This document shows positions 36,429 through 46,219 of a stretch of 64,000 nt of DNA, piece after piece. The translations under genes and the position numbers were made by a program. The DNA is from Candidatus Wallbacteria bacterium (GTDB lineage Bacteria > Muiribacteriota > JAQTZZ01): positions 9,348-73,347 of the forward strand of contig JAQTZZ010000014.1 of the NCBI GenBank assembly GCA_028687545.1, read 5' to 3'. How positions within the stretch are numbered: position 1 is the stretch's first letter; the number at the start of each line of letters is the position of its first letter. The notes beneath the pieces were generated by a model that ran no database searches, had not been told where the DNA came from, and saw only the letters and a list, made by a program, of their open reading frames with translations.

Positions 36429-39017
36429 ATGAAACCCTTCATAAAAAACCAGGACTCGAAATTCATCAGTTTTCTTCTGAGCAATCTCAAACAGAAATTA
36501 GGGCTGATTCTGTTTGCAGTTACCTTGTTCATTCTTTTTCATGCCTTAAAGGAAGTTCATTACAGAGACATTGTCAGGGAAGTTCATAACCTTCCTCCAA
36601 AAAGCATCCTGATTGCTGCAATCCTCACTGCAGTAAATTTTTTTCTGTTCAGCCTCTATGATACGCTGGCCTTCAGACATTTTAGATTTCCGATAAATTA
36701 TCCGCGAATCGCTTTCACCGCCTGCATCAGTTACAGCCTCGGTAATACCACTGGACTCTCCATCGTTTCCGGCAGCGCGTTGAGGACACATCTCTATTCA
36801 GTTTTCGGTTTTACCTATCTGGACAGCCTCAAAATCGGTATTTTCAACATGCTGACCTTGGCACTGGGAATTTGCGGCCTGGGAGCCCTGACCTTTTCTT
36901 TTGGAAATGAGGCTATTCCCGGCAGCCTGGGAATTCCGGCAGTATTGTATAGATCAATCGGATTTCTCCTTTTTTTATCCTGCCTTGCATTTATCCTGGT
37001 TTTTCTGAGGAGAGTCAGAAAATTATCAGTTTCAGGGATTGAAATGGAGCTTCCCTCATCTGGAACCAGCCTGATCCAGCTGCTGCTCGGAGTCATGGAC
37101 CTGACCATTGCAGGATCAGTCCTCTTTGTGCTGCTTCCAGCCGGAAGTGAGATTCACCTGACTGAGTTCCTTTCGATTTTCCTGCTTTCAACCTTTTCCG
37201 GAATTGTCAGCACCGTTCCCGGAGGTCTAGGTGTTTTCGAACTGGTCATGGTTAAAAGCCTGTCCGGGTATTTTCCAGCCCAGATTCTGATGGGGTCGAT
37301 TCTCGCTTTTCGGGGTATCTATTATCTCATCCCTCTAACTGCCGGGCTTTTATCGCTTGCAGCCAACGAACTGCTATCCCGCAGAAGTAAGTTCAGCGCA
37401 CAACGCGAAGTATTCAAAGAGGCTCTGTCTGAAATCGTTCCTTCCACAATGGCCTTCCTGACATTCACAGCTGGAGCAGTGCTGCTTTTTTCAGGATCCC
37501 TCCCACCTGTCAGAACCAGGATGCTGATCCTGTACCAGTTCCTGCCGCTGCCATTCGTTGAAATCTCGCATTTCTTAGGCAGCATTACCGGCACTCTGCT
37601 CCTGATCATAGCTCACGGTCTTTACCGCAGACTGGATGCAGCCTATTACTCAACCATTCTGCTACTCTTTCTGGGAGCGGCTTTTTCCCTGGTCAAAGGC
37701 CTGAATTATGAAGAGGCTGCTCTTTTCCTGCTGATCGCGGTTCTTCTGATCCCAAACCGGATTTTCTTCAACCGTGCTACCAGACTTTCCGGAAGGATGT
37801 TTTCCGGAGTCTGGACTTATTCGATGCTGCTTGTAGTCCTGAGCTCTCTCTGGCTTGGATTTTTCTCCTACAAGCATGTCCAGTTCACAAGCGAACTGTG
37901 GTGGAAATTCGCGCTGATGGGCGGTGCTCCAAGGTTTCTAAGGGCTGAGATCGGTATCGCAATCATTATGCTGCTCTATGGGATGCATCAGCTTTTCAAA
38001 GCAGGTCAGCCGGACTTTCAGAAAAACAATCCTGAAATCATCGCTAAAGTTGAAGGCATCCTGAAAAAATCAATCGATACATCGGCTTTTCTTTCACTGC
38101 TTGGAGATAAACTGTTCCACTTTTCAGAGTCAGGCAATGCCTTCATCATGTTTGGCGCACACGGGAACTGCTTCATCTCCATGGGCGATCCTGTCGGACC
38201 TTCTGAAGAAATTCCCGGACTGATCGGTTCCTTCCGCGACCTGTGCGATCAATACGACAGGGAACCGGTTTTCTACGAAATTTCAGACAGATTTCTCAGT
38301 CATTATCTGGATGTGGGCCTTTCCCTTGTGAAAATCGGTGAAACTGGGCGGATCAGACTTTCCGAACTCTCCCTGCAGGGAAAAAAAGGAAGCGATTACA
38401 GGCAGACGATCAACAGAATGGAGCATCTGAACTGCAGATTCGAGGTGATTTCCAGAGAGCATACCGGTGAAATCCTGCCAAGAATGAAAGAAATTTCAGA
38501 CCAGTGGCTGCAGGAAAAAAACACCAGGGAAAAAGGATTTTCCCTGGGATTCTTTGATGCAGAATATCTGTCTAAATTCCCGACAGCGCTTGTTTTTCAG
38601 AACGATGTTCCCCTGGCATTCGCCAATCTCCTGGAAAGCGCTGGGAATGAGGAATCTTCGATTGACCTGATGAGATTCAGCCCTGCCTCACCAGGAGGAA
38701 GCATGGACTACCTTCTGACCAGGACAATTTTTTATGCAAAGGATAAAGGTTATAAGTATTTCAACTTGGGGATGGCTCCCCTGTCAGGCCTTCCCGAAAG
38801 TTCAGCCATGCCTGTCTGGAACAGGACTTTGTCCTTTGTATATAAACATGGCGAACATTTCTACAATTTCCAGGGGCTTAGAAAGTACAAGGAAAAATTT
38901 TCACCTGAATGGCGGTCCTGCTATCTTGCCACTACCAGCAGGATGCGGATCCCGCAGGCCCTGATCAATGTAAGTGCTGTAATTTCAGGAGGAGTTGGCG
39001 GCATTCTCAAAAGGTAA
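36429..39017 (+). CDS. mprF: Bifunctional aminoacyl-phosphatidylglycerol flippase/synthase MprF
   Basis: VPGGLGVFE, FRGIYY, MGDPVG, REKGFSLG, DLMRF, FNLGMAPLSGL, YNFQGLRKYKEKF.P.W. Confidence 0.95.
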   Translation: MKPFIKNQDSKFISFLLSNLKQKLGLILFAVTLFILFHALKEVHYRDIVREVHNLPPKSILIAAILTAVNFFLFSLYDTLAFRHFRFPINYPRIAFTACISYSLGNTTGLSIVSGSALRTHLYSVFGFTYLDSLKIGIFNMLTLALGICGLGALTFSFGNEAIPGSLGIPAVLYRSIGFLLFLSCLAFILVFLRRVRKLSVSGIEMELPSSGTSLIQLLLGVMDLTIAGSVLFVLLPAGSEIHLTEFLSIFLLSTFSGIVSTVPGGLGVFELVMVKSLSGYFPAQILMGSILAFRGIYYLIPLTAGLLSLAANELLSRRSKFSAQREVFKEALSEIVPSTMAFLTFTAGAVLLFSGSLPPVRTRMLILYQFLPLPFVEISHFLGSITGTLLLIIAHGLYRRLDAAYYSTILLLFLGAAFSLVKGLNYEEAALFLLIAVLLIPNRIFFNRATRLSGRMFSGVWTYSMLLVVLSSLWLGFFSYKHVQFTSELWWKFALMGGAPRFLRAEIGIAIIMLLYGMHQLFKAGQPDFQKNNPEIIAKVEGILKKSIDTSAFLSLLGDKLFHFSESGNAFIMFGAHGNCFISMGDPVGPSEEIPGLIGSFRDLCDQYDREPVFYEISDRFLSHYLDVGLSLVKIGETGRIRLSELSLQGKKGSDYRQTINRMEHLNCRFEVISREHTGEILPRMKEISDQWLQEKNTREKGFSLGFFDAEYLSKFPTALVFQNDVPLAFANLLESAGNEESSIDLMRFSPASPGGSMDYLLTRTIFYAKDKGYKYFNLGMAPLSGLPESSAMPVWNRTLSFVYKHGEHFYNFQGLRKYKEKFSPEWRSCYLATTSRMRIPQALINVSAVISGGVGGILKR

Positions 39018-39149
39018 TCCAGTCTGGTCATGGACGAACAAATTCCATCTGAAAACAGAAATGCCTGAAATTGTTAAAAATCCTTCACAGGAATATAATA
39101 TCAATTGAAACTTCCAAACATCATAATGAAACCTGTGCTGGTGGTTAAG

Positions 39150-40124
39150 ATGATAAAATTCAAGGAAATCCGTAATAAATATGTTTCTCTCTGCTGTCAG
39201 GGTGACCTTATCTCTGCCTATGAATACCTTTGCGACTTAAAGAATCCCGGAACTTCCGCCGCTAAACTCAGGGACAAGGTGAAACGCAGATTTTTCAGCT
39301 TAAACCACCGCTATTCATTCAAGACAGGGGATCCCTTCCTGCGCAGGATCTGCCGCGCATACTGCGAGTATATTACTTCAGTCCTTACCAGGAAGCAGAG
39401 TGCAGACGCAGCCGAAAAAGTTCTGCTGGAACGGCTGGCTACGATCATGGGGGCTTCGGGAAAACCGGACAGCGAGAAACTGGAATCACTGATCTCGGAA
39501 AAGGTCGGGAAAAAGGGTTTCCATTTTCTCGGTGGCAAGACTAGCGGACTGCTCGGTCCGTATATCTATGAAAAGTCCGAAAAAAAGATCATTAAAGTAG
39601 CTCTGCCTGACGGATCTTACAATCTGCCCGTCTTTTTCCTGCGCGGTTTTCTGATGCGAAGCTGGCTTTCTTATGCCACGTTCGATCTGGCCGGAACAGG
39701 GGGCTGGGCGAAAAAAGATGGCCTTTATTGCGTTCATAAATGCTATGCCAAAAAAATGAATACAGACGATTTTCAGGTTTCTTTCCTCAGGCACGAAGCT
39801 CAGCATTTTTCCGATTACAAAAAATACCCTGATCTTTGCCAGATAGATCTGGAATATCGCGCCAAGCTGGTGGAACTGATCTACTGGAAAAAAAACAGGC
39901 GGCTTTTATGGTTTGCATCCGAAGCAAAGAACGACCGCAGCCAGCCCCATTCATTCGCCTCATATCAGATCATCACAAGGCTGCAGAAAGCAATATTCCC
40001 CAAAAGCGGGAAAGTAGAACCGAAATGGGAAAAAGTGGATTACAGCCTGATCCGGCAGCAGGCCCTGGAGCTTTTTAACAATCATACAGCCGGTCTTTTC
40101 AAAAATTCTAAAGGTATCCTGTAA
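39150..40124 (+). CDS. Hypothetical protein with HEXXH motif
   Basis: FLRHEAQHF..LEYRAKLVEL; start uncertain (39105 or 39150). Confidence 0.7.
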   Translation: MIKFKEIRNKYVSLCCQGDLISAYEYLCDLKNPGTSAAKLRDKVKRRFFSLNHRYSFKTGDPFLRRICRAYCEYITSVLTRKQSADAAEKVLLERLATIMGASGKPDSEKLESLISEKVGKKGFHFLGGKTSGLLGPYIYEKSEKKIIKVALPDGSYNLPVFFLRGFLMRSWLSYATFDLAGTGGWAKKDGLYCVHKCYAKKMNTDDFQVSFLRHEAQHFSDYKKYPDLCQIDLEYRAKLVELIYWKKNRRLLWFASEAKNDRSQPHSFASYQIITRLQKAIFPKSGKVEPKWEKVDYSLIRQQALELFNNHTAGLFKNSKGIL

Positions 40125-40157
40125 TGAATCATCTCAATATTTCTTTCAAACTGACTT

Positions 40158-40229
40158 GGGGGTACGAGGTGCGTGGTGCGAGGTTCGTGATTCGGAAATC
40201 CCCGTACCCCGTATCTCGAACCCCGAACC
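40158..40229. repeat. Heptamer-repeat hairpin
   Basis: GGGGTAC GAGGTGC GTGGTGC GAGGTTC GTGATTC followed by complementary GTACCCC GTATCTC GAACCCC GAACC. Confidence 0.7.
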
Positions 40230-40245
40230 AAAAAATGGAGGTCTC

Positions 40246-40587
40246 ATGAATTCTTACTGTGGTCTGGAATGCGGCACCTGCGAAGCTTATCTCGCCACGA
40301 AAAATAACGACGGCAAGCTGAGACAGGAGACTGCCAAAAAATGGTCTGCCCAGTTCAACTCTGACATCAAGCCGGAGCAGATCAACTGCGAAGGCTGCAA
40401 GGGCCAAGGAGTAAAATTCTCCCACTGCAATGAATGCAAGGTCCGCAAATGCAATCTGGCGAAAAAATATGAAAACTGCGGTTTATGCCCTGATTATCCG
40501 TGCCAAGACGTCTCCTTTATAGTGGACAACGTGCCGCCTGCCAAGGAATACCTGGAACAGGTAAGAAAGGGCCGCAAGAAGAGCTAG
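40246..40587 (+). CDS. DUF3795-like cysteine-rich protein
   Basis: GGAGG RBS; MNSYCGLECGTC, CEGCK, C..C.VRKC, NCGLCPDYPC. Confidence 0.85.
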   Translation: MNSYCGLECGTCEAYLATKNNDGKLRQETAKKWSAQFNSDIKPEQINCEGCKGQGVKFSHCNECKVRKCNLAKKYENCGLCPDYPCQDVSFIVDNVPPAKEYLEQVRKGRKKS

Positions 40588-40665
40588 TGGTTCCCCACTT
40601 GTTCCGTCCAGCCAGGCCTATCGATAATTTCCATGAATTCAAGGTAATTTAATTATGATTTTTTT

Positions 40666-41085
40666 ATGAAGATCAGACCGATTGCGATTGGAATTCTTCG
40701 CCGGAATGATCAGATCCTGGTCTTTGAAGGATCTGACAGTGTGAAAAACGAGACTTTCTACCGGCCCTGCGGCGGCGGAATCGAGTTCGGCGAAACAGCT
40801 GAACAGGCTCTGGTCAGGGAATTCCGGGAAGAACTGAATCTAAATGTAAAAATCCTGAACCGGATCGCAGTGCTGGAAAACATCTTCACCTGCAATGGCG
40901 TGCCTGGACATGAAATCGTATTCGTCTTTGAAATCGAGTCGCTCGACAGGGAAATCTACTCCAGATCCGAATTGGAGGGCGTGGAAGACAATGGCGAAAA
41001 ATTCCGCTGCCTCTGGAAGCCGCTCTCTGATTTCAGGAATGGCAGCATTCTTTATCCGACCGGACTGGTTGATTCATTGTCATAG
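40666..41085 (+). CDS. NUDIX hydrolase
   Basis: GGGIEFGETAEQALVREFREEL Nudix box. Confidence 0.93.
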   Translation: MKIRPIAIGILRRNDQILVFEGSDSVKNETFYRPCGGGIEFGETAEQALVREFREELNLNVKILNRIAVLENIFTCNGVPGHEIVFVFEIESLDREIYSRSELEGVEDNGEKFRCLWKPLSDFRNGSILYPTGLVDSLS

Positions 41086-41151
41086 AATTATCAGTCCTAA
41101 TTGCTTATCGCTTTCCTTTAAATCAAGCTTGCGTTAAGATACAATCTTTTC

Positions 41152-41688
41152 ATGTTCAGAAAAACTGATTCCAATTTGAAAACCAGCCAGATACTGCAAA
41201 AAATCGAAAAATCCAGGAGTTTTCATGAATCAGAGCTCAAGATTGAGCCTGAAATTCTTTCACTTGTGAACGAACTGAACGGCCTGACCGGAATCATCAC
41301 CAATGAAAGTTGCGGCGGGCATCCTGAAAAATTGCAGCTCCCCTGGATCAGATTCACCCTGGACGACCCTCATGGTTTGGATCAGCTGGCCCTGGTTTCA
41401 GTATCAACAACAACATTCGGCTGGCTCCTGGTCTGCGAACCGAACCTGGCGGTAAATCCGGATACGCTTAAAATACCCTCATTTCTAAAAAAGATCAGTT
41501 TCAGGTTCCTGCTCCTTCCTGCAGCGGCTTTTCGGAACAGAGAAAGCCTGCCCGGCCCTTTGATAACCGCGGAAAGCCGCGAACAAGTGGAAAAAGAGCA
41601 GGAAAAAATCAGTCTGATCGCGGACTTTATTTTGAAGAACAGGGATAAGTTCGAATACACTTTGGAAGAAGTCAGAAAAACAGTATGA
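41152..41688 (+). CDS. Hypothetical protein
   Basis: 178-aa ORF coupled (4-nt overlap) to the next gene; LNGLTGIITNESCGGH motif. Confidence 0.65.
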   Translation: MFRKTDSNLKTSQILQKIEKSRSFHESELKIEPEILSLVNELNGLTGIITNESCGGHPEKLQLPWIRFTLDDPHGLDQLALVSVSTTTFGWLLVCEPNLAVNPDTLKIPSFLKKISFRFLLLPAAAFRNRESLPGPLITAESREQVEKEQEKISLIADFILKNRDKFEYTLEEVRKTV

Positions 41689-42539
41689 GAAAAAAATTGA
41701 CAGGATTTTACAGCAGTTTGACTGCATCTGAACTGATGTTTGTTCTGACCGGAATCGGAATTTATCTCGGTTCCTGTTATTACTTCAAAGAGTTTCCTTT
41801 TCTCTTTGTCTTGTGGAATCTGCTGGCCGCAATATTTTTAATCAGAATGAATCCTTCCAATGAGGAAAAATCAGGCCCTGACAAAAAAACGGCAGTTTTT
41901 CTGATCTGCTACCTGGCGGTTTATCTGATTTCGATGTACTGGCTCACAATTCTGGGGGCATCGATATTTTACTGGCTGGTGCAGTTTCTGATCCCTGCGG
42001 CAATCCTCAAATTCATGGGATACAGCCTGAAAGATGTGAATTTTGAATTTAAAAGGATTTTTTCCGGATTCAGGCAGATGCTGCCTGTAATGATCTGGTT
42101 CCTGCCCTTATTGATGTTTACAGTCCGGGATTCGGAAAAGATACTCCAGATCATGAAAACCCCTAAAGTTTTTCTCTGGCTCCCTCTGGCCATGCTGCAG
42201 ATGCTGATCATGGTAGCTTTCTGGGAAGAATTCCTGTTCAGGGGCTGCCTGATGTCGTCCCTCAAAAGTCTGACCGGCTCGCCGGTGATAGCTGTAGCAG
42301 CGAGTTCCCTGATTTTTGGAATTTATCATTTTCCTATGAGATATCTGAATGTAAAAAGCGAATTCTTCCACAGTTTTTATGGAGCACTGGCAGGCTGCAT
42401 CCAGGAACAGTTCCTGATGGGAGTGTTGCTGGCCATAGCTGTGTATAAAACTAAAAATGTCTGGTCAGGGATCTGGCTCCACGCTTTTCTGAACGGATTC
42501 AGCGCAATTTACAAGATTTCCCAGCTGATAAAATTTTAA
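41685..42539 (+). CDS. CPBP family (Abi/CAAX-like) intramembrane metalloprotease
   Basis: WEEFLFRG, FGIYH, GIWLHAFLN. Confidence 0.9.
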   Translation: MRKKLTGFYSSLTASELMFVLTGIGIYLGSCYYFKEFPFLFVLWNLLAAIFLIRMNPSNEEKSGPDKKTAVFLICYLAVYLISMYWLTILGASIFYWLVQFLIPAAILKFMGYSLKDVNFEFKRIFSGFRQMLPVMIWFLPLLMFTVRDSEKILQIMKTPKVFLWLPLAMLQMLIMVAFWEEFLFRGCLMSSLKSLTGSPVIAVAASSLIFGIYHFPMRYLNVKSEFFHSFYGALAGCIQEQFLMGVLLAIAVYKTKNVWSGIWLHAFLNGFSAIYKISQLIKF

Positions 42540-42625
42540 CTGCACTTGCGGAGACAAGCCTGTCACTGCATCCAGCCCTGCAGATTCATTTTGACAAATT
42601 CCCTCAAAAAAAATACAATGTAGTC

Positions 42626-43072
42626 ATGAAAAATTTATTGATCATAAGCTTTCTTTTTCTTTCTTTTACTCTCACAGCCCAGGTGAAATCCGATCTGACA
42701 ACTGCGGTTTCAAATGAAAACACGATCAAAGAACTGCAGTTGAAGATTTCAATTCTGGTTTCCGAACTGATCAGGCTGGAAGCGCGAATCCAGACCCTGG
42801 AAATCGAAGTGTCGGAACTGAAAAACAATTCCGTTAATAAAAAAGATCCGGCTTCACTGTTGAAATTAAGGACTCTCTGGGAGACATTGACAAAAGGAAT
42901 GACCGAGAAAGAGGTCAAAAAAATCCTGGGTGACCCGGAAAAAATCACAAAGTCTGAACTGATTTCTCCGAAGTTCAAGTACACTGTTTGGGACTATGAA
43001 TATTTCAATCATGCCCATGACGGGCGATGCACTTTTCTGGACGGGAAGCTTGATTCCTGGACTTCTCCCTGA
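42626..43072 (-). CDS. Secreted coiled-coil protein with SmpA/OmlA (BamE-like) small domain
   Basis: Signal peptide, coiled coil, LTKGMTEKEVKKILGDP..WDY..F.DGKL. Confidence 0.65.
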
Positions 43073-43110
43073 AAGGCGCTCCCATCCGTAAAATCCACGA
43101 CATCTCAGAA

Positions 43111-46100
43111 TTGTGCGAGCTGAAATTCCCGCTGATTCTGCGCGTGAACGCTTCGGCCGGATCGGGCAAGACCAATCTGCTGGCTGCCTGGTTCATAAAG
43201 CTTCTGTTCGAGAAAGGCGTCAAGCTCGAAAACATCCTGGCCATCACTTTTACCAATGCCGCTACTGCAGAGATGAAGACCCGCATTCTCAGCACTCTCA
43301 AGTCGCTGGCTTTTCCTGGCAGCGGAAAAGCCCTGAATACGGACAGTGTGGAAGGTCTGATCCCGGAAAAACCAGAACAGAAAGAAATCATCAGGCAGAT
43401 CGATTATCTGATCTCGCATTATTCTGATTTCAACGTGCGCACAATCGACAGTTTCATCAATACTCTGGTCACTGTCTCTGCCCTGGAACTGCGCTCATCG
43501 CCCCGCCAGGAAATCCGGCTGGACGTGAATTTCTACCTGGAATACTGTTTACAGCAGTTTCTCCGCAAATACGGGAAAGTCGCGGAGCCTGAGATCACAG
43601 GGCTGATCAATGACCTGCTTGAACTGATGTTCACTTATGACAGATCTGATACCTGGTCAGTGCATGACAGGATCATGGAAAAAGTGATTGAACTCAGAAC
43701 CAGGGAACTTTCTTCTGCAGACGGTTTCCAGGCTGAACTCAGGGACGATTATTATGAACTGCTGATCAGATTCCTTAAAACCGCCTCTGAGCTGCTCGCT
43801 CTGATCGACGAATCAGGACAATCCGACAGTTTCATCCAGTATTTTCTTAAATTCCTGGAAAAATCAAGGGAGTTCACAATGCCGCCGGATTCCAAGCAAT
43901 GGCCGCTGGAACCAGTGGAGGCGTGGCTGAAAAAAAACAGGAATTTCGATTTCAAGGGACTGGAAGTGCGTCTCTGCGAAGATTACGGCCGTTTCGTGGC
44001 AGCAAGCCTCGGGAAGGACACCTATCATCATCTGAAGATACATCAGGAAATCAAAAGCATACTGACTGATGTGGAAAACAGAGGGAATCTCCTGTTCATC
44101 GACGAACTTAACATGCGGATCCACTCCCTGATCGGAGATTCGGGAGGCATGCCTGCCTGTCTGTTTTTCGCAGGCGCTGACTTCACCCATTTCCTGATCG
44201 ATGAGTTCCAGGATACGAGCAGGCTGCAGCTTTCAAACCTCTTCCCGCTGGTGGAAAACGCACTGTCAGGCGAACACGCCTCAGGCAGCTCCTTCTTCCT
44301 GGTCGGAGACATGAAACAGGCGATCTACAGATTTTCAGGCGGCAGTTCCAGACTATTCCTGGAAATTCCAGATCTTTTCCCTGCAGTCGAGCAGAAAGTC
44401 GATTTTTATCTGGAAACCAATTTCCGCAGCGCTCCTGAAATCGTGAAGTTCGTGAATCACACTTTTTCGACAGTCAACCTCTCTGCCTGGATTTTACGGC
44501 AGGCGGATGCTAAAAGCTTTTTCGACCAGGCATTCGCAGATTCCATAGCTGAAATCTATTCTTCCCCTGCCCAGAAAATCCCTGAATCCACGTCCGGAGG
44601 CTATGTCTCGCTGACCTGCCACGAAAACGCAGAAGGCATTCAGGAAGAAAAACTGAAGGAAATTTTCGCTGGCCTCGCTGCGCGGTTTCCCGACGGGAAT
44701 GCTGAAATTGCAGTGCTGGTGCGCAAAAGAGACGAAGAGGAAAAAATCGCCTCTTTACTCCTTTCCATGGCTCTCCCCTTTACAGTTATTTCCGAAAAAA
44801 GTCTGGATGTGAGGGAAAACCAGGAAATCGCGGAAATCACTGCCCTGTTGCGCTTCCTGAATTCGCCGCTTGACAATCTCTCCTTTTTCACGGCAGTCTC
44901 AGGGAATCTCTTTAGAGCGCTGACCGGCCTGTCTGGAAAAGAGCTGCTTTCCTGGCAGTTGAACTGCCGGCGTCAAGTACCTCTTTACATTTCTTTCCGC
45001 GAAAAATACCCGACATTCTGGGAAAACCATTTTTCCCCTTTTTTCAAGCGGGTCGGATTCCTCCCCCCCTATGACCTGGTCCGGGAAATCATGGAAAACT
45101 GGCAGTGTTTTTCCTTACACAGGGATCTTTCCGGAATCTTCCACCATTTTCTGGAACTGGTCTCATCCAGGGAAGAGAGAGGAGAAAACAGCCTGGAAGC
45201 ATTGCTGGAGTTCATAGCTTCCGGTGATGATGACTCGTTTTATCTCAAATTATCCGGTTCTCTGGCCGGCATCCGGATCATGACCATGCACAGGTCAAAA
45301 GGATTATCTTTTGACATCACAGTCCTGCCAGGGCAATGCATCAAAAAGCGCAGCTCCAGGAAAAACGAGTTTTTCGTCCCTGCAATGGATGGCTCGGTCA
45401 CAATGGTGAAAATGACCGCCGGTCTGGCCGGAAATCTGGCATCCTGCACCGAACCTCTCGTTGCGGCAGCTGTAGATGCGTATAAAAATGAACAGCTGAA
45501 CTCGTTTGTGGATGAACTCAACCTGAATTATGTGAGCTTTACCAGAGCCAGGCAGGAAATTCATGTCCTGATTCCTGAGACTGACGATAATCTTCTGCCT
45601 GATCTTCTGTTCACCGGAGATGCAAGAAACCTGCAATATGGATCTCTTTTGAAAACCAGCACTGAATCGCCGGTGGAACCGGAAGTCAGCAAGGAACTGC
45701 CCAGGCCTCAGACCCACTGGTACGACAAACTGGTGCGCGAGAAAATCACGCTCCAATCGCTGGAATCCTCCGAATCAGCAGATTTCGGAGATGCAGTGCA
45801 TTCCATCCTGTCGGAGATTATTTACGCTGATCCTGAGAAAAACAGGGAAGTGCTGCTTGATAAAATCCGCTCTTCCAGGGCTGTGCGGCAGAACCTGATT
45901 CCAGCTGAAATTGCCATCAGCACCATAATCCCGACGATTGAAAAGCTGAACAGCTTCTTTTCCCCTGACTCAGGCGAAATTTTCACTGAACTGGAATTCA
46001 TGACTGCTGAAGGAGAAAGGCTGGTTGCAGATCGGGTGATTCTGCGGGAGGGCAAGCTCACGGTGCTGGATTACAAGACAGGAGCCAGAACCGAATCTCA

Positions 46101-46212
46101 TCACGAACAGGTGAGAAAGTATCTCAAGCATCTTGGCGGCATCTTCAAGGCGACATCAGCAGAAGGATACATCTTTTATCTGAAGGAACAGAACCTGGAG
46201 AAATGCATTTGA
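43111..46212 (+). CDS. addA: AddA/RecB-type helicase-nuclease
   Basis: ASAGSGKT, AITFTNAA, TIDSF, IDEFQDTS, VGDMKQAIYRF, NFRS, MTMHRSKGL, YVSFTRA; nuclease ADRV..LDYKTG. Confidence 0.88.
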   Translation: MCELKFPLILRVNASAGSGKTNLLAAWFIKLLFEKGVKLENILAITFTNAATAEMKTRILSTLKSLAFPGSGKALNTDSVEGLIPEKPEQKEIIRQIDYLISHYSDFNVRTIDSFINTLVTVSALELRSSPRQEIRLDVNFYLEYCLQQFLRKYGKVAEPEITGLINDLLELMFTYDRSDTWSVHDRIMEKVIELRTRELSSADGFQAELRDDYYELLIRFLKTASELLALIDESGQSDSFIQYFLKFLEKSREFTMPPDSKQWPLEPVEAWLKKNRNFDFKGLEVRLCEDYGRFVAASLGKDTYHHLKIHQEIKSILTDVENRGNLLFIDELNMRIHSLIGDSGGMPACLFFAGADFTHFLIDEFQDTSRLQLSNLFPLVENALSGEHASGSSFFLVGDMKQAIYRFSGGSSRLFLEIPDLFPAVEQKVDFYLETNFRSAPEIVKFVNHTFSTVNLSAWILRQADAKSFFDQAFADSIAEIYSSPAQKIPESTSGGYVSLTCHENAEGIQEEKLKEIFAGLAARFPDGNAEIAVLVRKRDEEEKIASLLLSMALPFTVISEKSLDVRENQEIAEITALLRFLNSPLDNLSFFTAVSGNLFRALTGLSGKELLSWQLNCRRQVPLYISFREKYPTFWENHFSPFFKRVGFLPPYDLVREIMENWQCFSLHRDLSGIFHHFLELVSSREERGENSLEALLEFIASGDDDSFYLKLSGSLAGIRIMTMHRSKGLSFDITVLPGQCIKKRSSRKNEFFVPAMDGSVTMVKMTAGLAGNLASCTEPLVAAAVDAYKNEQLNSFVDELNLNYVSFTRARQEIHVLIPETDDNLLPDLLFTGDARNLQYGSLLKTSTESPVEPEVSKELPRPQTHWYDKLVREKITLQSLESSESADFGDAVHSILSEIIYADPEKNREVLLDKIRSSRAVRQNLIPAEIAISTIIPTIEKLNSFFSPDSGEIFTELEFMTAEGERLVADRVILREGKLTVLDYKTGARTESHHEQVRKYLKHLGGIFKATSAEGYIFYLKEQNLEKCI

Positions 46213-46219
46213 GAATAAC

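Noticed and set aside
41685-42539. Abi-type phage defence gene
   Set aside because: CPBP/CAAX proteases are widespread membrane proteases and there is no defence-island context.
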